Shown here piece after piece: positions 49,675 through 62,500 of a DNA stretch of 64,000 nucleotides; within the stretch, counting starts at the first letter, position 1; every line of letters starts with the position of its first letter. Below the pieces are notes generated by a model, which saw nothing but the letters and a program-made list of their open reading frames with translations, was not told the DNA's origin and did no database searches. Position numbers and translations under genes: made by a program. This DNA is from an uncultured delta proteobacterium (lineage in GTDB: Bacteria; Myxococcota; Myxococcia; Myxococcales; Myxococcaceae), in contig CAVQKE010000004.1 in the NCBI GenBank assembly GCA_963713045.1, positions 640,001 to 704,000 on the forward strand. The letters run 5' to 3'.

Positions 49675-51549
49675 TCAGATGTTGGCGGACCCGTCGGAAA
49701 TGGAGCTGAAGACGGCGTGCCCGGTGACATGGAGCAGCTGCGTCAGAGAACCGAGATGCTTCAACATCCGCCCCAGCAGCGGGAGTCGCGCCTCATCCAG
49801 CGCTGGTGCCAAGTCCTCCCAGAGCACCGTGTGCGGGTGCTGGGCGGCAGACTTCTCGATGATGGTCAGCCGCAGCGCAAGGTAGAGCCAGTCGAGGTCG
49901 CGCGCGGAAAGCTCGCCCACCGGCATCCGACGGCCGGCGCCTCGCACGAAGGCATGACCAGATAAATCCACCTCGAAGTGCTCAACGCGCCTCTCGGTCA
50001 ACGCAGAGACGTACTGGGCCCAGCGCTCCTGGACGAGCGCCACCACCCCCGGCAAGTCGACGGCCAGCAAATCCGCGGCTGGCTGCAGCACCGCCGGAAT
50101 GGGGTCTTCCAGAGGATCGATGGGCACCGGCGTCCGGGGCGTGGACGTGCGGGGCGGAGGTGCCGCCGGAGCCCGCGAACGCGCCAGGCCGTCGCGAAGC
50201 TTGCTCAGCTCGCGCTCGATGTCATTCGCGTCCCGGACATAGGAGCCACGCTCGAGGAGACGCGCATTGAGCGCCTCCTGCTCGGCGCGGAGCTCGGCCA
50301 GCTGCGTTGAGGCGGCGATGTATTCGGGAGCTTCCTTGGCCTGGGTCAGCTGGCCTTCTAGCTGCAGGACGCGGTTCCATAACTCCTCCCGCTGCGCCAG
50401 CGCTGTCACCAGGTCCTCAGGCTTCTCGACGCCGAGCACCTTCATCGCCGAGCGCAGCGGCTGCGTCTCGAATTCAAATTGGTCGCGGATTTTTTTCTCG
50501 CGTTCCGCCAGTCGCTCGCCCTTTCGCACGGCGTACTCCGACCATTGGACGTCTTCGACGTGCTTCAGCGCCACCAGCGCCGCGAGGCCAAACGCCGGAA
50601 TGTCGAGCAAGGACACGTAGGCCCAAGGGCCGGAGGCCATCAACCCCCCGAGGAGTGCGGCCGTGCCCAGTCCAATGCCTGTCCAAAACCGACCGTCTCG
50701 GGTGATGGGCACCGCGTCGGGGGGGGCGGTGGCGGCGTCCATTTGACGCTCGGTCTCCAACCGGGCCAGGGCCTCGTCGCACTTCGTCACCAGCACCGCA
50801 TGGTTGCGGGCCTGCGTGACGACGTCGTCTGGAAGTCCAAGGCTTCTCGGCGAGGGCGAAGCCTCAAACGCCGCGCGCGCCTCGGCCACCGCAGATTCAG
50901 TGCCCTCGACGCCCTTCACCCGGAGCTCGAGCTGGAAAATCTGCGCGGCCACTCCGTCCAGGCGGTATTGAAGCTTGTCCACCTCGCTGGCCAGCGCCAG
51001 TTCCTTGGTGAGCTCGGCGATGCGAGCCTGGGCGGCGGCGGCGTCAACCACAGGCTCGGGCGTGACGGGACCCGGCGCGGGTACCAGCCGGGAGGGGCCA
51101 GGGGAACCTCGTCCGGGTTTGGGTGGCCTGCGGCTGGGCAGCTGGGACAGGGTGAAGGTGAAGAGCTGCTCGTAGCTGCTTCGGGCTGGAAGTCCGACCT
51201 GCCCACGCAGAAACTGCACCAGCTCCGCGGGGTCCTCGGTCACCAAGTCATGCGCCCGGGTGGTGGGATTGACGCGGTGCAAGGCCCCACCGCGCCCAAG
51301 GTCGCGCATGACACGGTAGGTGCCACCGTCTCGCGCCGAAAACCAGAGGGCCGCCCGCGCTTCCTGTCCGCGGCTGGCTAGGGCCAGGTCCCCACCACGG
51401 CCGTCCGGGTAGAGCATGGCTGAGGCAAGCGCCACCAAGGGTGCTCCCGGTGCCTGCGGAAGCAGAGTCCAGTAGCCCGGCCGTAGAGAGATTCGAACGC
51501 TTGGGAGGAAACCGCGAACCCCCTGCAGCGCAAACTCGACCCAGTACAC
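49675..51549 (-). CDS. SMC/YhaN-like coiled-coil protein with degenerate ABC-ATPase motifs and a central TM hairpin
   Basis: N-terminal LQGVRGF strand, long coiled coils, ELSARDLDWLYLALRL, VLWEDL and LHVTGH; no Walker A motif. Confidence 0.7.
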   Translation of the reverse strand: MYWVEFALQGVRGFLPSVRISLRPGYWTLLPQAPGAPLVALASAMLYPDGRGGDLALASRGQEARAALWFSARDGGTYRVMRDLGRGGALHRVNPTTRAHDLVTEDPAELVQFLRGQVGLPARSSYEQLFTFTLSQLPSRRPPKPGRGSPGPSRLVPAPGPVTPEPVVDAAAAQARIAELTKELALASEVDKLQYRLDGVAAQIFQLELRVKGVEGTESAVAEARAAFEASPSPRSLGLPDDVVTQARNHAVLVTKCDEALARLETERQMDAATAPPDAVPITRDGRFWTGIGLGTAALLGGLMASGPWAYVSLLDIPAFGLAALVALKHVEDVQWSEYAVRKGERLAEREKKIRDQFEFETQPLRSAMKVLGVEKPEDLVTALAQREELWNRVLQLEGQLTQAKEAPEYIAASTQLAELRAEQEALNARLLERGSYVRDANDIERELSKLRDGLARSRAPAAPPPRTSTPRTPVPIDPLEDPIPAVLQPAADLLAVDLPGVVALVQERWAQYVSALTERRVEHFEVDLSGHAFVRGAGRRMPVGELSARDLDWLYLALRLTIIEKSAAQHPHTVLWEDLAPALDEARLPLLGRMLKHLGSLTQLLHVTGHAVFSSISDGSANI

Positions 51550-51586
51550 AGGCCAAGCACTGTACGACAGAACCCCAGGCTACCGC

Positions 51587-52069
51587 TCAGCCGGCCGTCT
51601 TCTCGCCCTTGGCCTTCTTTCCCTTCGCCTTCTTGCTGGGCTCGGCCACCGGTGCCTCCGGCGCTGCGGCCGGGGCCGTCTCGGCCGCGGGCACGGCGTC
51701 GGGCACTGCCGCTTCCTGCATCTCCTCCTGGACGTCCACGCGCGAGGCCTTGCCCTTCAAGTCCCGCAGGTAGAAGAGGCGGTTGCGGCTGACGCTGCCC
51801 CGGGTGACGACGTCAATCCTTTCGTAGCGGGGGCTGTGGAGAGGAAAGATGCGCTCGACACCCACCCCGTAAGAGACTTTGCGGACGGTGAAGGTGGCGC
51901 GATTGGCCCCCTTCGTCTTACGGATGACCACGCCCTCGAAAGGCTGGACGCGCTCCTTTTCACCCTCCTTCACCTTCCAGTGCACCCGCACCGTGTCACC
52001 GGTGCGAAAGTCGGCAAGGTCCTTCCGAAGCTGCTTCGACTCGACGTATTCCAGGGCGCTGAGGCGCAT
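51587..52069 (-). CDS. rplS: 50S ribosomal protein L19
   Basis: [40 protein letters not shown] and LFYLR; Ala/Pro/Lys-rich tail. Confidence 0.97.
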   Translation of the reverse strand: MRLSALEYVESKQLRKDLADFRTGDTVRVHWKVKEGEKERVQPFEGVVIRKTKGANRATFTVRKVSYGVGVERIFPLHSPRYERIDVVTRGSVSRNRLFYLRDLKGKASRVDVQEEMQEAAVPDAVPAAETAPAAAPEAPVAEPSKKAKGKKAKGEKTAG

Positions 52070-52175
52070 GGCTGCTGACTCCGACTGCTCCTTGGGAAAT
52101 GGCCACCCCGGGGCGACAGGAACCCCGACCCCGGAGGAGCCGGCCTACCTAGCAGGAAGGGACCGGGCCCGGCAA

Positions 52176-52190
52176 GCTCTTGGCGGGTTG
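52176..52190 (+). repeat. Left copy of the 15-bp target-site duplication
   Basis: GCTCTTGGCGGGTTG, matching 53513-53527 at 14/15. Confidence 0.85.
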
Positions 52191-53512
52191 TGTAGCTAGC
52201 ACTGGAAATGTCCGCCCCATAAGCACTTACAGATGTCCGCTCTTACAGGGCGCCCGAAGCTCCCAGAATGAGCCCTTGGGAGCGGCGGGTAGCCCGGGAG
52301 TCCAGGGCGATGACGCGTCAAGAAGTGGTGATGAAGGCTGTGGCTGGACGGCTGAGCTGGCTGCAGGCGGCGGACATCCTCGGCATCACGCCGCGGCAGA
52401 TTCGGCGGCTTCATCAGGTCTACCGGCGCGATGGGGTGAAGGCCATTCAGGACCACCGGGGTGGAAAGCCCCGGCGCCGCCGGGTGCCGTTGCAAGTACT
52501 CCAGGAGCTGTTTCGCCTCCGACGCGAGAAGTACCCGGACTTCTCGGTGACGCACTTCCACGAGCACATCACCGAGCGGCATGGGCTGAAGCTTTCCTAC
52601 ACCTACTGCAAACAGGTGCTTCAGGATGCGGGTCTGGCGGTGAAGGCTCCGGGCCGGGGCAAGTACCGCCGCCGGCGCGAGCGCCGGCCTCTGGTGGGCA
52701 TGCTGCTCCACCTCGACGCTTCCACCCACGCCTGGCTTCCCGAACTCCCCATGCAGGACTTGATGGTGATGCTCGATGATGCGGACGGGCGCATTCTCCA
52801 TGCCCGCTTCGTCGAGCAGGAGGGCACCAGGTCCACCCTCGTCGCCCTCTCGGACGTGCTGCAGCGCCATGGACGCTTCTGCGAGCTGTACACGGACCGG
52901 GGGAGCCATTTCGCCCCCACGCCCCACTCTGGAGGCATGTTGGGCCCGGAAGGCCAAGTGCAGCGCGTCCTACGCGCGGTGGGCATCCGCCAGATTTTGG
53001 CCCGCTCGCCAGAGGCCCGCGGCAGAAGCGAGCGCGCCTTTGGCACCATCCAGGGTCGGTTACCGCAGGAGCTCCGTCTCCACGGCATCAGCAGCTACCT
53101 GGACGCCAACCAATACTTGGACAGGGTTTTCGTCCCGGACTTCAACCGGCGCTTCACTGTCACCCCGGCCGAACGCGGGAGCGCCTTCGTCCAGGTAGCC
53201 AGCATGGACCTCGAGCTCGTCCTCTCCGTCCAGCACGAGCGCGTCGTCCGGGCAGACAGCGTCGTGGTCTTCGAGAAGCTACTTTTGCAGCTACCGCCCA
53301 GCCGCCACCGGGAGCGCTTCATCCGCTGCCCGGTCCTCGTCCACGAATTCCTCAACGACGCCCTTGGCGTGAGCTACCAGGGGCGCCTCATTGCTCGCTT
53401 CAACCGAGCCCGAGACCTGCTCCCGCTTCGTAGTCCCACCGTAGCTGCTGCCTAACCAGAAGCGGACATCTGTAAGTGCTTATGGGGCGGACTTGTATAA
53501 GTGTCATGGACA
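52191..53512 (+). mobile_element. IS1202-family (ISNCY) insertion sequence, 1322 bp
   Basis: TGT...ACA ends; perfect 32-bp subterminal inverted repeat (52210-52241 / 53461-53492); flanking 15-bp direct repeat; single DDE transposase. Confidence 0.92.
52310..53455 (+). CDS. DDE transposase (IS1202/IS481-like)
   Basis: N-terminal HTH QAADILGITPRQIRRL, LHLDASTHAW, LDDA, YTDRGSHF and SPEARGRSERAFGTIQGRL. Confidence 0.94.
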   Translation: MTRQEVVMKAVAGRLSWLQAADILGITPRQIRRLHQVYRRDGVKAIQDHRGGKPRRRRVPLQVLQELFRLRREKYPDFSVTHFHEHITERHGLKLSYTYCKQVLQDAGLAVKAPGRGKYRRRRERRPLVGMLLHLDASTHAWLPELPMQDLMVMLDDADGRILHARFVEQEGTRSTLVALSDVLQRHGRFCELYTDRGSHFAPTPHSGGMLGPEGQVQRVLRAVGIRQILARSPEARGRSERAFGTIQGRLPQELRLHGISSYLDANQYLDRVFVPDFNRRFTVTPAERGSAFVQVASMDLELVLSVQHERVVRADSVVVFEKLLLQLPPSRHRERFIRCPVLVHEFLNDALGVSYQGRLIARFNRARDLLPLRSPTVAAA

Positions 53513-53527
53513 GCTCTTGGAGGGTTG
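53513..53527 (+). repeat. Right copy of the 15-bp target-site duplication
   Basis: GCTCTTGGAGGGTTG immediately after the terminal ACA. Confidence 0.85.
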
Positions 53528-53553
53528 AAACGACGCTGGTGCCGGGCCCTGCG

Positions 53554-54294
53554 TCACAGCTCCTCTTCACGCAGAGCCAGGAGGCGCCGGTCCTCGGGAC
53601 TCAACGACACCCGGCTCAGGAGGTCCGGCCGACGTTCGCCGGTCCACCGCAGGGCCTGCCAACGGCGCCAGCGTGCCACCCGGGCGTGGTCCCCGCTCTG
53701 CAGGATGGCTGGGACTTCGACCCCACGAAAGACGGCAGGCCGGGTGTATTGGGGGTACTCCAAAAGACCGTCCTCGAAGCTCTCGGAAAGGGTGGAGCCG
53801 GCATTGCCGAGGATGCCGGGAACAAGCCGCGCGACCGCGTCGATGACAGCCAGCGCGACCAACTCCCCGCCGGTGAGGACGAAGTCCCCCAGGGAGACTT
53901 CCCCGTCGACATAGGCACGGACCCGCTCGTCCACCCCCTCATACCGGCCGCACACCAGCACCAAGTTGGTCGGGCCCGCAGCGAGGGCCCTCGCCATGGG
54001 CTGCTCGAGGCGCTCGCCACGGGGAGAGGTTAGTAGGACGCGCGCCTGGGGCAAGCGCGCCCGAGCAGCTTCGATGGCGGCCACCAGCGGTTCGGGCTTG
54101 AAAACCATCCCTGCGCCGCCGCCGTAGGGCGCATCGTCCGTGACGTGGTGCTTTCCCTCGGCGTAGCTGCGGATGTCGTGGGCGGTCACCTGGATGAGAC
54201 CACGCTCGGCCCCTTTGCCGAGAATGCTCTGCGAGAGGTAACCGGTGACCATCGCCGGGAACAACGTCAGGACGTCCACCTGCCAGACGCTCAT
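53554..54294 (-). CDS. trmD: tRNA (guanine37-N1)-methyltransferase
   Basis: [33 protein letters not shown] and LEYPQYTRP. Confidence 0.97.
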   Translation of the reverse strand: MSVWQVDVLTLFPAMVTGYLSQSILGKGAERGLIQVTAHDIRSYAEGKHHVTDDAPYGGGAGMVFKPEPLVAAIEAARARLPQARVLLTSPRGERLEQPMARALAAGPTNLVLVCGRYEGVDERVRAYVDGEVSLGDFVLTGGELVALAVIDAVARLVPGILGNAGSTLSESFEDGLLEYPQYTRPAVFRGVEVPAILQSGDHARVARWRRWQALRWTGERRPDLLSRVSLSPEDRRLLALREEEL

Positions 54295-54309
54295 GGGGTC
54301 AGCCGTGCC

Positions 54310-54822
54310 TTACTCCAGCAGCTCCATGGGGCGCACCAGAATGACGCCGGCCTCGACATCCACGCTGGGGACGAAGTCCTCGGCGAATGGCACCAGCAAC
54401 TCCCCGCCGTTCCCGCGGATGACCAAGGTGGGGACCGGCCCAGCGTTCCAAACCTCTTCCACCTGTCCGAGGGGTTTGCCTTCGGGCGACAGTGCGCGCA
54501 GGCCGACCAAGTCACCTTGGAAAAACTCCCCCGCGGCCGGCGGCTCCAAGTCCGCTCGGTACACCAGCACCGTCGAGCCTCGCAGGGCTTCCGCCGCAGC
54601 ACGCCCCTCCACCGAGGCCAAGCTGAGCAGCACCTCGCGGGATGCGGGGCGAGAGCCAGTCACCTCAAAGTCGCGCTCGCTACCGTCCCGGGCGCGCAGC
54701 ACCACGCGCGCCACAGCGTCCAGGGCCTCAGAGGCAGCGTCAAAGGTCCGGATCGCCAGCTCTCCGGCCGTGCCGTGGGCCCGTGACACATAGCCCACCA
54801 CCAGCGTCGGCGAACCCGTCAC
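54310..54822 (-). CDS. rimM: Ribosome maturation factor RimM
   Basis: VGYVSRAHGTAGEL, GEFFQGDLVGL and LLVPF; operon position. Confidence 0.93.
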   Translation of the reverse strand: MTGSPTLVVGYVSRAHGTAGELAIRTFDAASEALDAVARVVLRARDGSERDFEVTGSRPASREVLLSLASVEGRAAAEALRGSTVLVYRADLEPPAAGEFFQGDLVGLRALSPEGKPLGQVEEVWNAGPVPTLVIRGNGGELLVPFAEDFVPSVDVEAGVILVRPMELLE

Positions 54823-55142
54823 GGGGCTGCGGACGAGGAGCTGCCCCCGGCGTCCGGTTCCCCCGACGGGTGCTCCGGCGGCGGTGTGGAGGGCACAGCC
54901 GGCCCACGACGGTCATCCAGGACTTCCAGGCGCACTTTGGCGCCCCGGCGCAGTGCGGCCACCGCAAGCACTGCGCGCATGGCGTTGATGGTTCGACCGT
55001 CACGGCCGATGACTTTGCCCACGTCCTCCGGGGCCAGCTTCAGCTCCAGAACCGTGCCCCCGTCGACCGCCAGACTCCGCAGCTCCACCTGGTCAGGCCG
55101 GTCCACCAGGGCCCGCGCGAGGTAGGTGACGAGCTCCTCCAA
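54819..55142 (-). CDS. khpA: KH-domain RNA-binding protein
   Basis: LVTYLARALVDRPD and DVGKVIGRDGRTINAMR; sits between rpsP and rimM. Confidence 0.9.
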   Translation of the reverse strand: MEELVTYLARALVDRPDQVELRSLAVDGGTVLELKLAPEDVGKVIGRDGRTINAMRAVLAVAALRRGAKVRLEVLDDRRGPAVPSTPPPEHPSGEPDAGGSSSSAAP

Positions 55143-55151
55143 GAAAGCGCC

Positions 55152-55415
55152 TTAAGCCTTGGTCGCCGCCGCCACCGGACGGACCGCACGTTTGATGAGG
55201 CCAGCCACAGTCTCCGAGGGCTGCGCTCCCACTTTCAGCCAATGTTCCAGTCGTTCCTGGTTAAACTCCACCTTGGGCGGGTTGAGGTTCGGGTCATAGG
55301 CGCCGATGGCCTCGATGAATTTGCCGTCACGCGGGTTGCGCGAGTCGGTGGCAACCACGTGGTAGTACGGCATTTTCTTTGCGCCCGCGCGAGCCAGGCG
55401 AAGCACGACGGCCAT
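55152..55415 (-). CDS. rpsP: 30S ribosomal protein S16
   Basis: VVLRLARAGAKKMPYYHVVATDSRNPRDGKFIE and GAQPSETV. Confidence 0.97.
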   Translation of the reverse strand: MAVVLRLARAGAKKMPYYHVVATDSRNPRDGKFIEAIGAYDPNLNPPKVEFNQERLEHWLKVGAQPSETVAGLIKRAVRPVAAATKA

Positions 55416-55441
55416 AAGACGACTCCTCGGAAGGGCCGCGG

Positions 55442-55470
55442 GGAATAGCTCCCTCCCCCCGCAAAGTCAA
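55442..55470 (-). promoter_or_regulatory. Putative sigma70 promoter of the rpsP operon
   Basis: TTGACT-17 nt-TATTCC followed by a GAGGAG RBS. Confidence 0.55.
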
Positions 55471-55476
55471 GAAGCC

Positions 55477-56592
55477 TCAGTGATTCAGCGAACTTGCCTC
55501 GGCTTGCCCGGAGCGATTGGCCAGCTGTCCGCAGGCCGCCGCAATGTCTCGACCCCGGTTGGCCCGAATGAAGGCGGCGATGTGCCCGGCGGCGAGAATT
55601 TGCCGAAACGCCTCGGCCCGGCCCTCCCCGGTCGACTGAAAGTCGAGCCCGGGGTTGGCGTTGTAGGGGATGAGATTCACCTTGGCTGGGACACCCTGGA
55701 GCAGCTCCACCAGCCGATGCGCATCTGCGTCGGCATCGTTCACCCCTTGAAGTAGGACATATTCGAAGGTGATGCGCCGACCCTGGCGGAGCGGGAAACG
55801 ACGACATGCCTCGACCAGCTCCGCAATGCCCCACTTACGGTTGACGGGCATCAGCTCGGAGCGCTGCGCGTCATGGCTCGCATTCAGCGAGATGGCCAGC
55901 TTGACGTCGGTCTCCGCGCCGAGGCGCTCAATCATCGGCACCAGGCCCACCGTGGACACGGTGATGTGGCGGTGGGAGAAATTGGGACCCTCCTTCGACT
56001 GCAGAATGGACAGCGCCGCTTTGAGGTTTTCGAAGTTGTGGAGGGGCTCGCCCATTCCCATAAAGACCAGGTTGGTCAGTGGACGCAGCAGCGAGAGAGC
56101 CTCCTCGCGCGCGACCCGCCGGTTGACTTCGTGCACCTGGGCTACAATCTCTCCGGCCGTCAGGTTGCGCTGGAGCCCCATGGTCCCAGTCATACAGAAG
56201 CGACACGCCATGGCGCAGCCAACCTGGGTGGAGACGCACAACGTGCGGCGCTCCGGACTCGGCATGTAGACCGCCTCGATGAGACGGTCGTCCTTGGTCC
56301 GAAAGCGGTATTTCACGGTCCCGTCGATGCTTCTCTGCTCGAGGTCCACCGCCAGCGGCGTCAGGGTGGCGAGGCCACTGAGCCGCTCGCGAAACGCGAT
56401 GGGCAGGTCCGACATCCGCTCGAAGCTGGTCTCTCCGCGCTGGTGGACCCATTGGTAGAGCTGGCGCGCCCGAAAGGAGCGCTCGCCGAGCTGCTCGACC
56501 ACCAGCGCCGTCAGCGCCTCCAGGGGCAGACTCAGGATGTCCAGGGAAGGCTGGGGAACCGCTCGCTCCATCTCTGGAGCGGGCTTTGGCAT
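55477..56592 (-). CDS. rlmN: 23S rRNA (A2503-C2)-methyltransferase RlmN
   Basis: CVSTQVGCAMACRFC, VFMGMGEP, ITFEYVLL and DIAAACGQL. Confidence 0.96.
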   Translation of the reverse strand: MPKPAPEMERAVPQPSLDILSLPLEALTALVVEQLGERSFRARQLYQWVHQRGETSFERMSDLPIAFRERLSGLATLTPLAVDLEQRSIDGTVKYRFRTKDDRLIEAVYMPSPERRTLCVSTQVGCAMACRFCMTGTMGLQRNLTAGEIVAQVHEVNRRVAREEALSLLRPLTNLVFMGMGEPLHNFENLKAALSILQSKEGPNFSHRHITVSTVGLVPMIERLGAETDVKLAISLNASHDAQRSELMPVNRKWGIAELVEACRRFPLRQGRRITFEYVLLQGVNDADADAHRLVELLQGVPAKVNLIPYNANPGLDFQSTGEGRAEAFRQILAAGHIAAFIRANRGRDIAAACGQLANRSGQAEASSLNH

Positions 56593-56619
56593 GGCCGCGG
56601 CCGGCGAGTCAAAGAAGGC

Positions 56620-57384
56620 TCATCCCCAAGGCGTCCGGCGGGTCGCTCCCAACTGCTGGAGTGCCTGTTCCATCCGCTGACGGAGAGCTTCGGCCCTTGC
56701 GCCGAGGGCCGCCCCATCGACGTCCTCGCCAGGGGGGGGCTCCGGCGACAGAAACCGGTAGTCGATGCGCGTCGGGTTGGGCCAGAAGGCGACGGCCAGC
56801 CCCACGGCCAGCGCGTAGCCGGGAAGCAGACCAGTCAGCCACCCAGCCAGACTTCCGAGAAGGACGAAGGCACCGAGCGGCAGTGGCCAGGTGCCAAGCC
56901 TCAACCGTCGCAGGAAGAAAAGGCGGGCGATGACCGGTCCGCCCGGTAGCAGCGTGTACTGGGCGTGGCTACCGGAAATGACCAGCGGCACAATGGGGAC
57001 ACGTGCCTCTCGTGCGGTTCTCAAAAAGCCGTGTCGGCCGCCCCACACCACCCGGTACCGGGCACTGAAGGGACGCAGCGCATCCAGGTCCCCACCGGGA
57101 AACACCAGCACCGGATGGCCGCGTGCGAGCGGTTCGAGCCCAGCTGCGCTGCTGGCCCGGACGCCGCCAATGCGCAGCACCACCACGCGAAACGGCCACC
57201 AAAGCCCAACGTCATGGGCGAGCCCAACCACTGGCCGGCCCAGCCCAAAACGCTGCACCCAAAGGCAGAGCAGCGTCAGGATTTCCATCACCCCATAGCC
57301 GCTGTGGTTGGCGACGCACAGGAAGGGCGTGGCGGGAAGGTTTTCCCAACCCGAGACGGTGGGCCTAAACCACAGGCGCGCCAT
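56620..57384 (-). CDS. Phospholipid/glycerol acyltransferase family protein (start uncertain)
   Basis: VANHSG, LVFPGG and GFLRTAREARVPIVP. Confidence 0.82.
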   Translation of the reverse strand: MARLWFRPTVSGWENLPATPFLCVANHSGYGVMEILTLLCLWVQRFGLGRPVVGLAHDVGLWWPFRVVVLRIGGVRASSAAGLEPLARGHPVLVFPGGDLDALRPFSARYRVVWGGRHGFLRTAREARVPIVPLVISGSHAQYTLLPGGPVIARLFFLRRLRLGTWPLPLGAFVLLGSLAGWLTGLLPGYALAVGLAVAFWPNPTRIDYRFLSPEPPPGEDVDGAALGARAEALRQRMEQALQQLGATRRTPWG

Positions 57385-57478
57385 CGGCCAGAACCAACGC
57401 CTGAGCCCTCGAATGAAGGGGGCGCTGTAGGCCGCCGTAGGCCCGGCAGGTGCGTCCTGTGCGTCCCGTCGCTTGCCG

Positions 57479-57916
57479 CTAGCGCCGGTAGACGTACGGA
57501 TGGAGCTCGGTCTCGCGGAAGAAGTACGCAATCTCAGCCTTCGCGGTCTCTAAGCTGTCTGAGCCGTGGACGGTGTTCTTCTCAACGTCGGTGGCAAAGT
57601 CCTTGCGGATGGTCCCAGCTGCGGCATTGGCCGGGTTGGTGGCGCCCATGATGTCTCGGTTGCGCTGAACGGCGTTTTCGCCCTCCAGCACCATCAGCAC
57701 CACCGGGCCAGAAGTCATAAACGTCATCAAGTCCTTGAAGAAAGAACGGGCGCGATGCACCGCGTAGAAGCCCTCCGCCTCTCGGGGAGAGAGTTGAGCC
57801 AGACGAATCGCCACCGGCTTCAGCCCGTGCTCCTCGAAGCGGGCGATGATTTTCCCGATGACGCCCTTCTCCAGGCCGTCCGGCTTGATGATGGACAGAG
57901 TCCGTTCGATGGCCAT
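57479..57916 (-). CDS. ndk: Nucleoside-diphosphate kinase
   Basis: [17 protein letters not shown] and NTVHGSDS. Confidence 0.97.
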   Translation of the reverse strand: MAIERTLSIIKPDGLEKGVIGKIIARFEEHGLKPVAIRLAQLSPREAEGFYAVHRARSFFKDLMTFMTSGPVVLMVLEGENAVQRNRDIMGATNPANAAAGTIRKDFATDVEKNTVHGSDSLETAKAEIAYFFRETELHPYVYRR

Positions 57917-57947
57917 TGCTGTTTCTTTCCTTCGCTTTCTTTGACGT

Positions 57948-58841
57948 TCAGCTGCGGGCTCCGCGCGCGAGCGCGGCCTGCAGGGTGGTGCCAAGCTCGG
58001 TGGGTGAAGGGGCCATCCGGACCCCCGAGGCCTCCATCGCCCGAATCTTCTCTGCTGCCGTGCCCTTTCCGCCGGCAATGATGGCTCCGGCGTGACCCAT
58101 TCGCTTGCCGGGTGGCGCGGAGACACCAGCGATGAAGCCGGCAATGGGCTTTTTGAATTCCCGTGCGATGTAGTCGGCGGCAGCCTCCTCGGCGCTGCCG
58201 CCGATTTCGCCAATCATGATGACCGCGTCGGTGTCTGGGTCTGCGTTGAAGAGCTTGAGGCAGTCGACGAAGTCTGTGCCGTTGACCGGGTCGCCGCCGA
58301 TGCCCACCGCCGTCGACTGGCCCAGGTCAAGCTGGGTGAGTTGGTAGACAGCTTCGTAGGTCAGCGTCCCCGAGCGTGAAATGACGCCGATGCGCCCCGG
58401 CCGGTGAATGTGGCCGGGCATGATGCCAATCTTGCACCGTGCGCCGGGTGTGATGACGCCGGGGCAATTCGGCCCGACCAGGCGGACCCCCGGGTATCCC
58501 CGCAGGACGCTCTTGCAGCGCACCATATCCAACACCGGAATGCCCTCGGTGATGGCGATGATCAGGGCCACCCCGGCATCGGCGGCCTCGAGAATGGCAT
58601 CCGCAGCGAAGGCCGGCGGTACGAAGATGACGCTGGCATTTGCGCCCGTCTCGCGCACCGCCTTCTCGACCGTGTCAAAAACGGGGACCAATTCCTGAAA
58701 CCGAGTTCCGCCCTTTCCCGGCGTCACCCCCGCCACCAACTCGGTGCCGTACTCCAACATTTGGCCGCAGTGAAAGGAGCCCGCGGCGCCGGTGATGCCC
58801 TGACACAGCACCCGCGTCTTCTCATCGACGAGGATGCTCAC
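57948..58841 (-). CDS. sucD: Succinate-CoA ligase alpha subunit
   Basis: [23 protein letters not shown] and RMGHAGAI. Confidence 0.97.
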   Translation of the reverse strand: MSILVDEKTRVLCQGITGAAGSFHCGQMLEYGTELVAGVTPGKGGTRFQELVPVFDTVEKAVRETGANASVIFVPPAFAADAILEAADAGVALIIAITEGIPVLDMVRCKSVLRGYPGVRLVGPNCPGVITPGARCKIGIMPGHIHRPGRIGVISRSGTLTYEAVYQLTQLDLGQSTAVGIGGDPVNGTDFVDCLKLFNADPDTDAVIMIGEIGGSAEEAAADYIAREFKKPIAGFIAGVSAPPGKRMGHAGAIIAGGKGTAAEKIRAMEASGVRMAPSPTELGTTLQAALARGARS

Positions 58842-60010
58842 GGCTTCACCCCGCGCGCCGCGGCCACCGCACGCTCGGCCGCCTGGCGCAAGTTGTCCGC
58901 TGGGGTGATGGCCAGTCCTGACGTGCGGAGGATTTCCTTGCCCTTCTCGACGTTGGTGCCTTCAAGCCGGACCACCAGGGGGACCCGGAGCCGGACCTCG
59001 CGGGCCGCTGCCACCACCCCGTCGGCAATTACGTCGCACTTCATGATGCCTCCGAAGATGTTGACCAGCACCGCCTTCACCCCTGGGTCGTCGAGAATCA
59101 ACTTGAAGGCCGCAGTCACCTTTTCCCGTGTCGCCCCACCACCGACGTCGAGGAAATTCGCCGGCGACCCACCCACCAGCTTGATGGTGTCCATGGTGGC
59201 CATCGCCAACCCGGCGCCGTTCACCATGCACCCGATGTTGCCGTCCAGCGCGATGTAAGCCAGGTCAAACTCCTTGGCCTTGGCCTCTCGCGGGTCTTCC
59301 TCATCGACGTCGCGGTAAGCGGCAATCTCCGGATGACGGTAGAGCGCGTTGTCGTCGAAGGCCATCTTCGAGTCGAGGGCCATGACCGCTCCGTCCTTGA
59401 GAACGACCAGCGGATTCACCTCCGCCAGACTGGCGTCGGTTTCCATGTAACAGCGGTCCAGCGCGCGGCAGAACGCAACGAAGCGCCCAACGGTGGAGCC
59501 GGACAGGCCCAGCTTGAAGGCCAGCTTTCGACCCTGGAAGTCGGAAAATCCGGCTCCCGGGTCGATGGACTCCACGTGGATGCGTTCGGGATGCTTGGCC
59601 GCTACCTCCTCGATTTCAACTCCCCCCTCGCTCGACGTCATGAGGCTGACGCGCGACAGCGCGCGGTCGAGCGTCATGCCCAGATACAGTTCGCGGGCGA
59701 TGTCGAGTCCTTCTTCGATGTACACCTTCCGGACTTTCTGGCCGGCCGGACCGGTCTGATGGGTCTTGAGCTGCATTCCCAGAATTTCCGAGGCCAGCTT
59801 CCGGGCTTCTTCTGGTGAGCGCGCCAACTTCACCCCGCCACCCTTCCCGCGGCCGCCAGCATGAATCTGCGCTTTCACCACCACCACCGGGGTCTTGAGC
59901 TGGCGCGCGGCCTGCTCGGCCTCCTCCGGTGTGGTGGCCAGGATGCCGCGCGGGACGGGAACCCCATACTTCCGGAAGAGCTCCTTGCCCTGGTACTCGT
60001 GGATTTTCAT
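58838..60010 (-). CDS. sucC: Succinate-CoA ligase beta subunit
   Basis: [34 protein letters not shown] and [10 protein letters not shown]. Confidence 0.97.
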   Translation of the reverse strand: MKIHEYQGKELFRKYGVPVPRGILATTPEEAEQAARQLKTPVVVVKAQIHAGGRGKGGGVKLARSPEEARKLASEILGMQLKTHQTGPAGQKVRKVYIEEGLDIARELYLGMTLDRALSRVSLMTSSEGGVEIEEVAAKHPERIHVESIDPGAGFSDFQGRKLAFKLGLSGSTVGRFVAFCRALDRCYMETDASLAEVNPLVVLKDGAVMALDSKMAFDDNALYRHPEIAAYRDVDEEDPREAKAKEFDLAYIALDGNIGCMVNGAGLAMATMDTIKLVGGSPANFLDVGGGATREKVTAAFKLILDDPGVKAVLVNIFGGIMKCDVIADGVVAAAREVRLRVPLVVRLEGTNVEKGKEILRTSGLAITPADNLRQAAERAVAAARGVKP

Positions 60011-60036
60011 CGTCCCTCGTTCGGGTCGTGTCTTGG

Positions 60037-62318
<2,282 letters not shown>

Positions 62319-62500
62319 GGACAACCTCCGGAAGAGCCCCCCAGGGGGCGGCCGGGTATAGGCTCCACCAGGAACAAGCCGCAAGCCTTGCTGCCTACCC
62401 CTCGTCCCTGCACTGTCGAGCGCAGAGTCCAGCCTGGGAGCAGAATGGGTAGCGATTTTTGGGGTTGCAACCGAGCCCCGCTCGGGGGAATGAGGACAGC

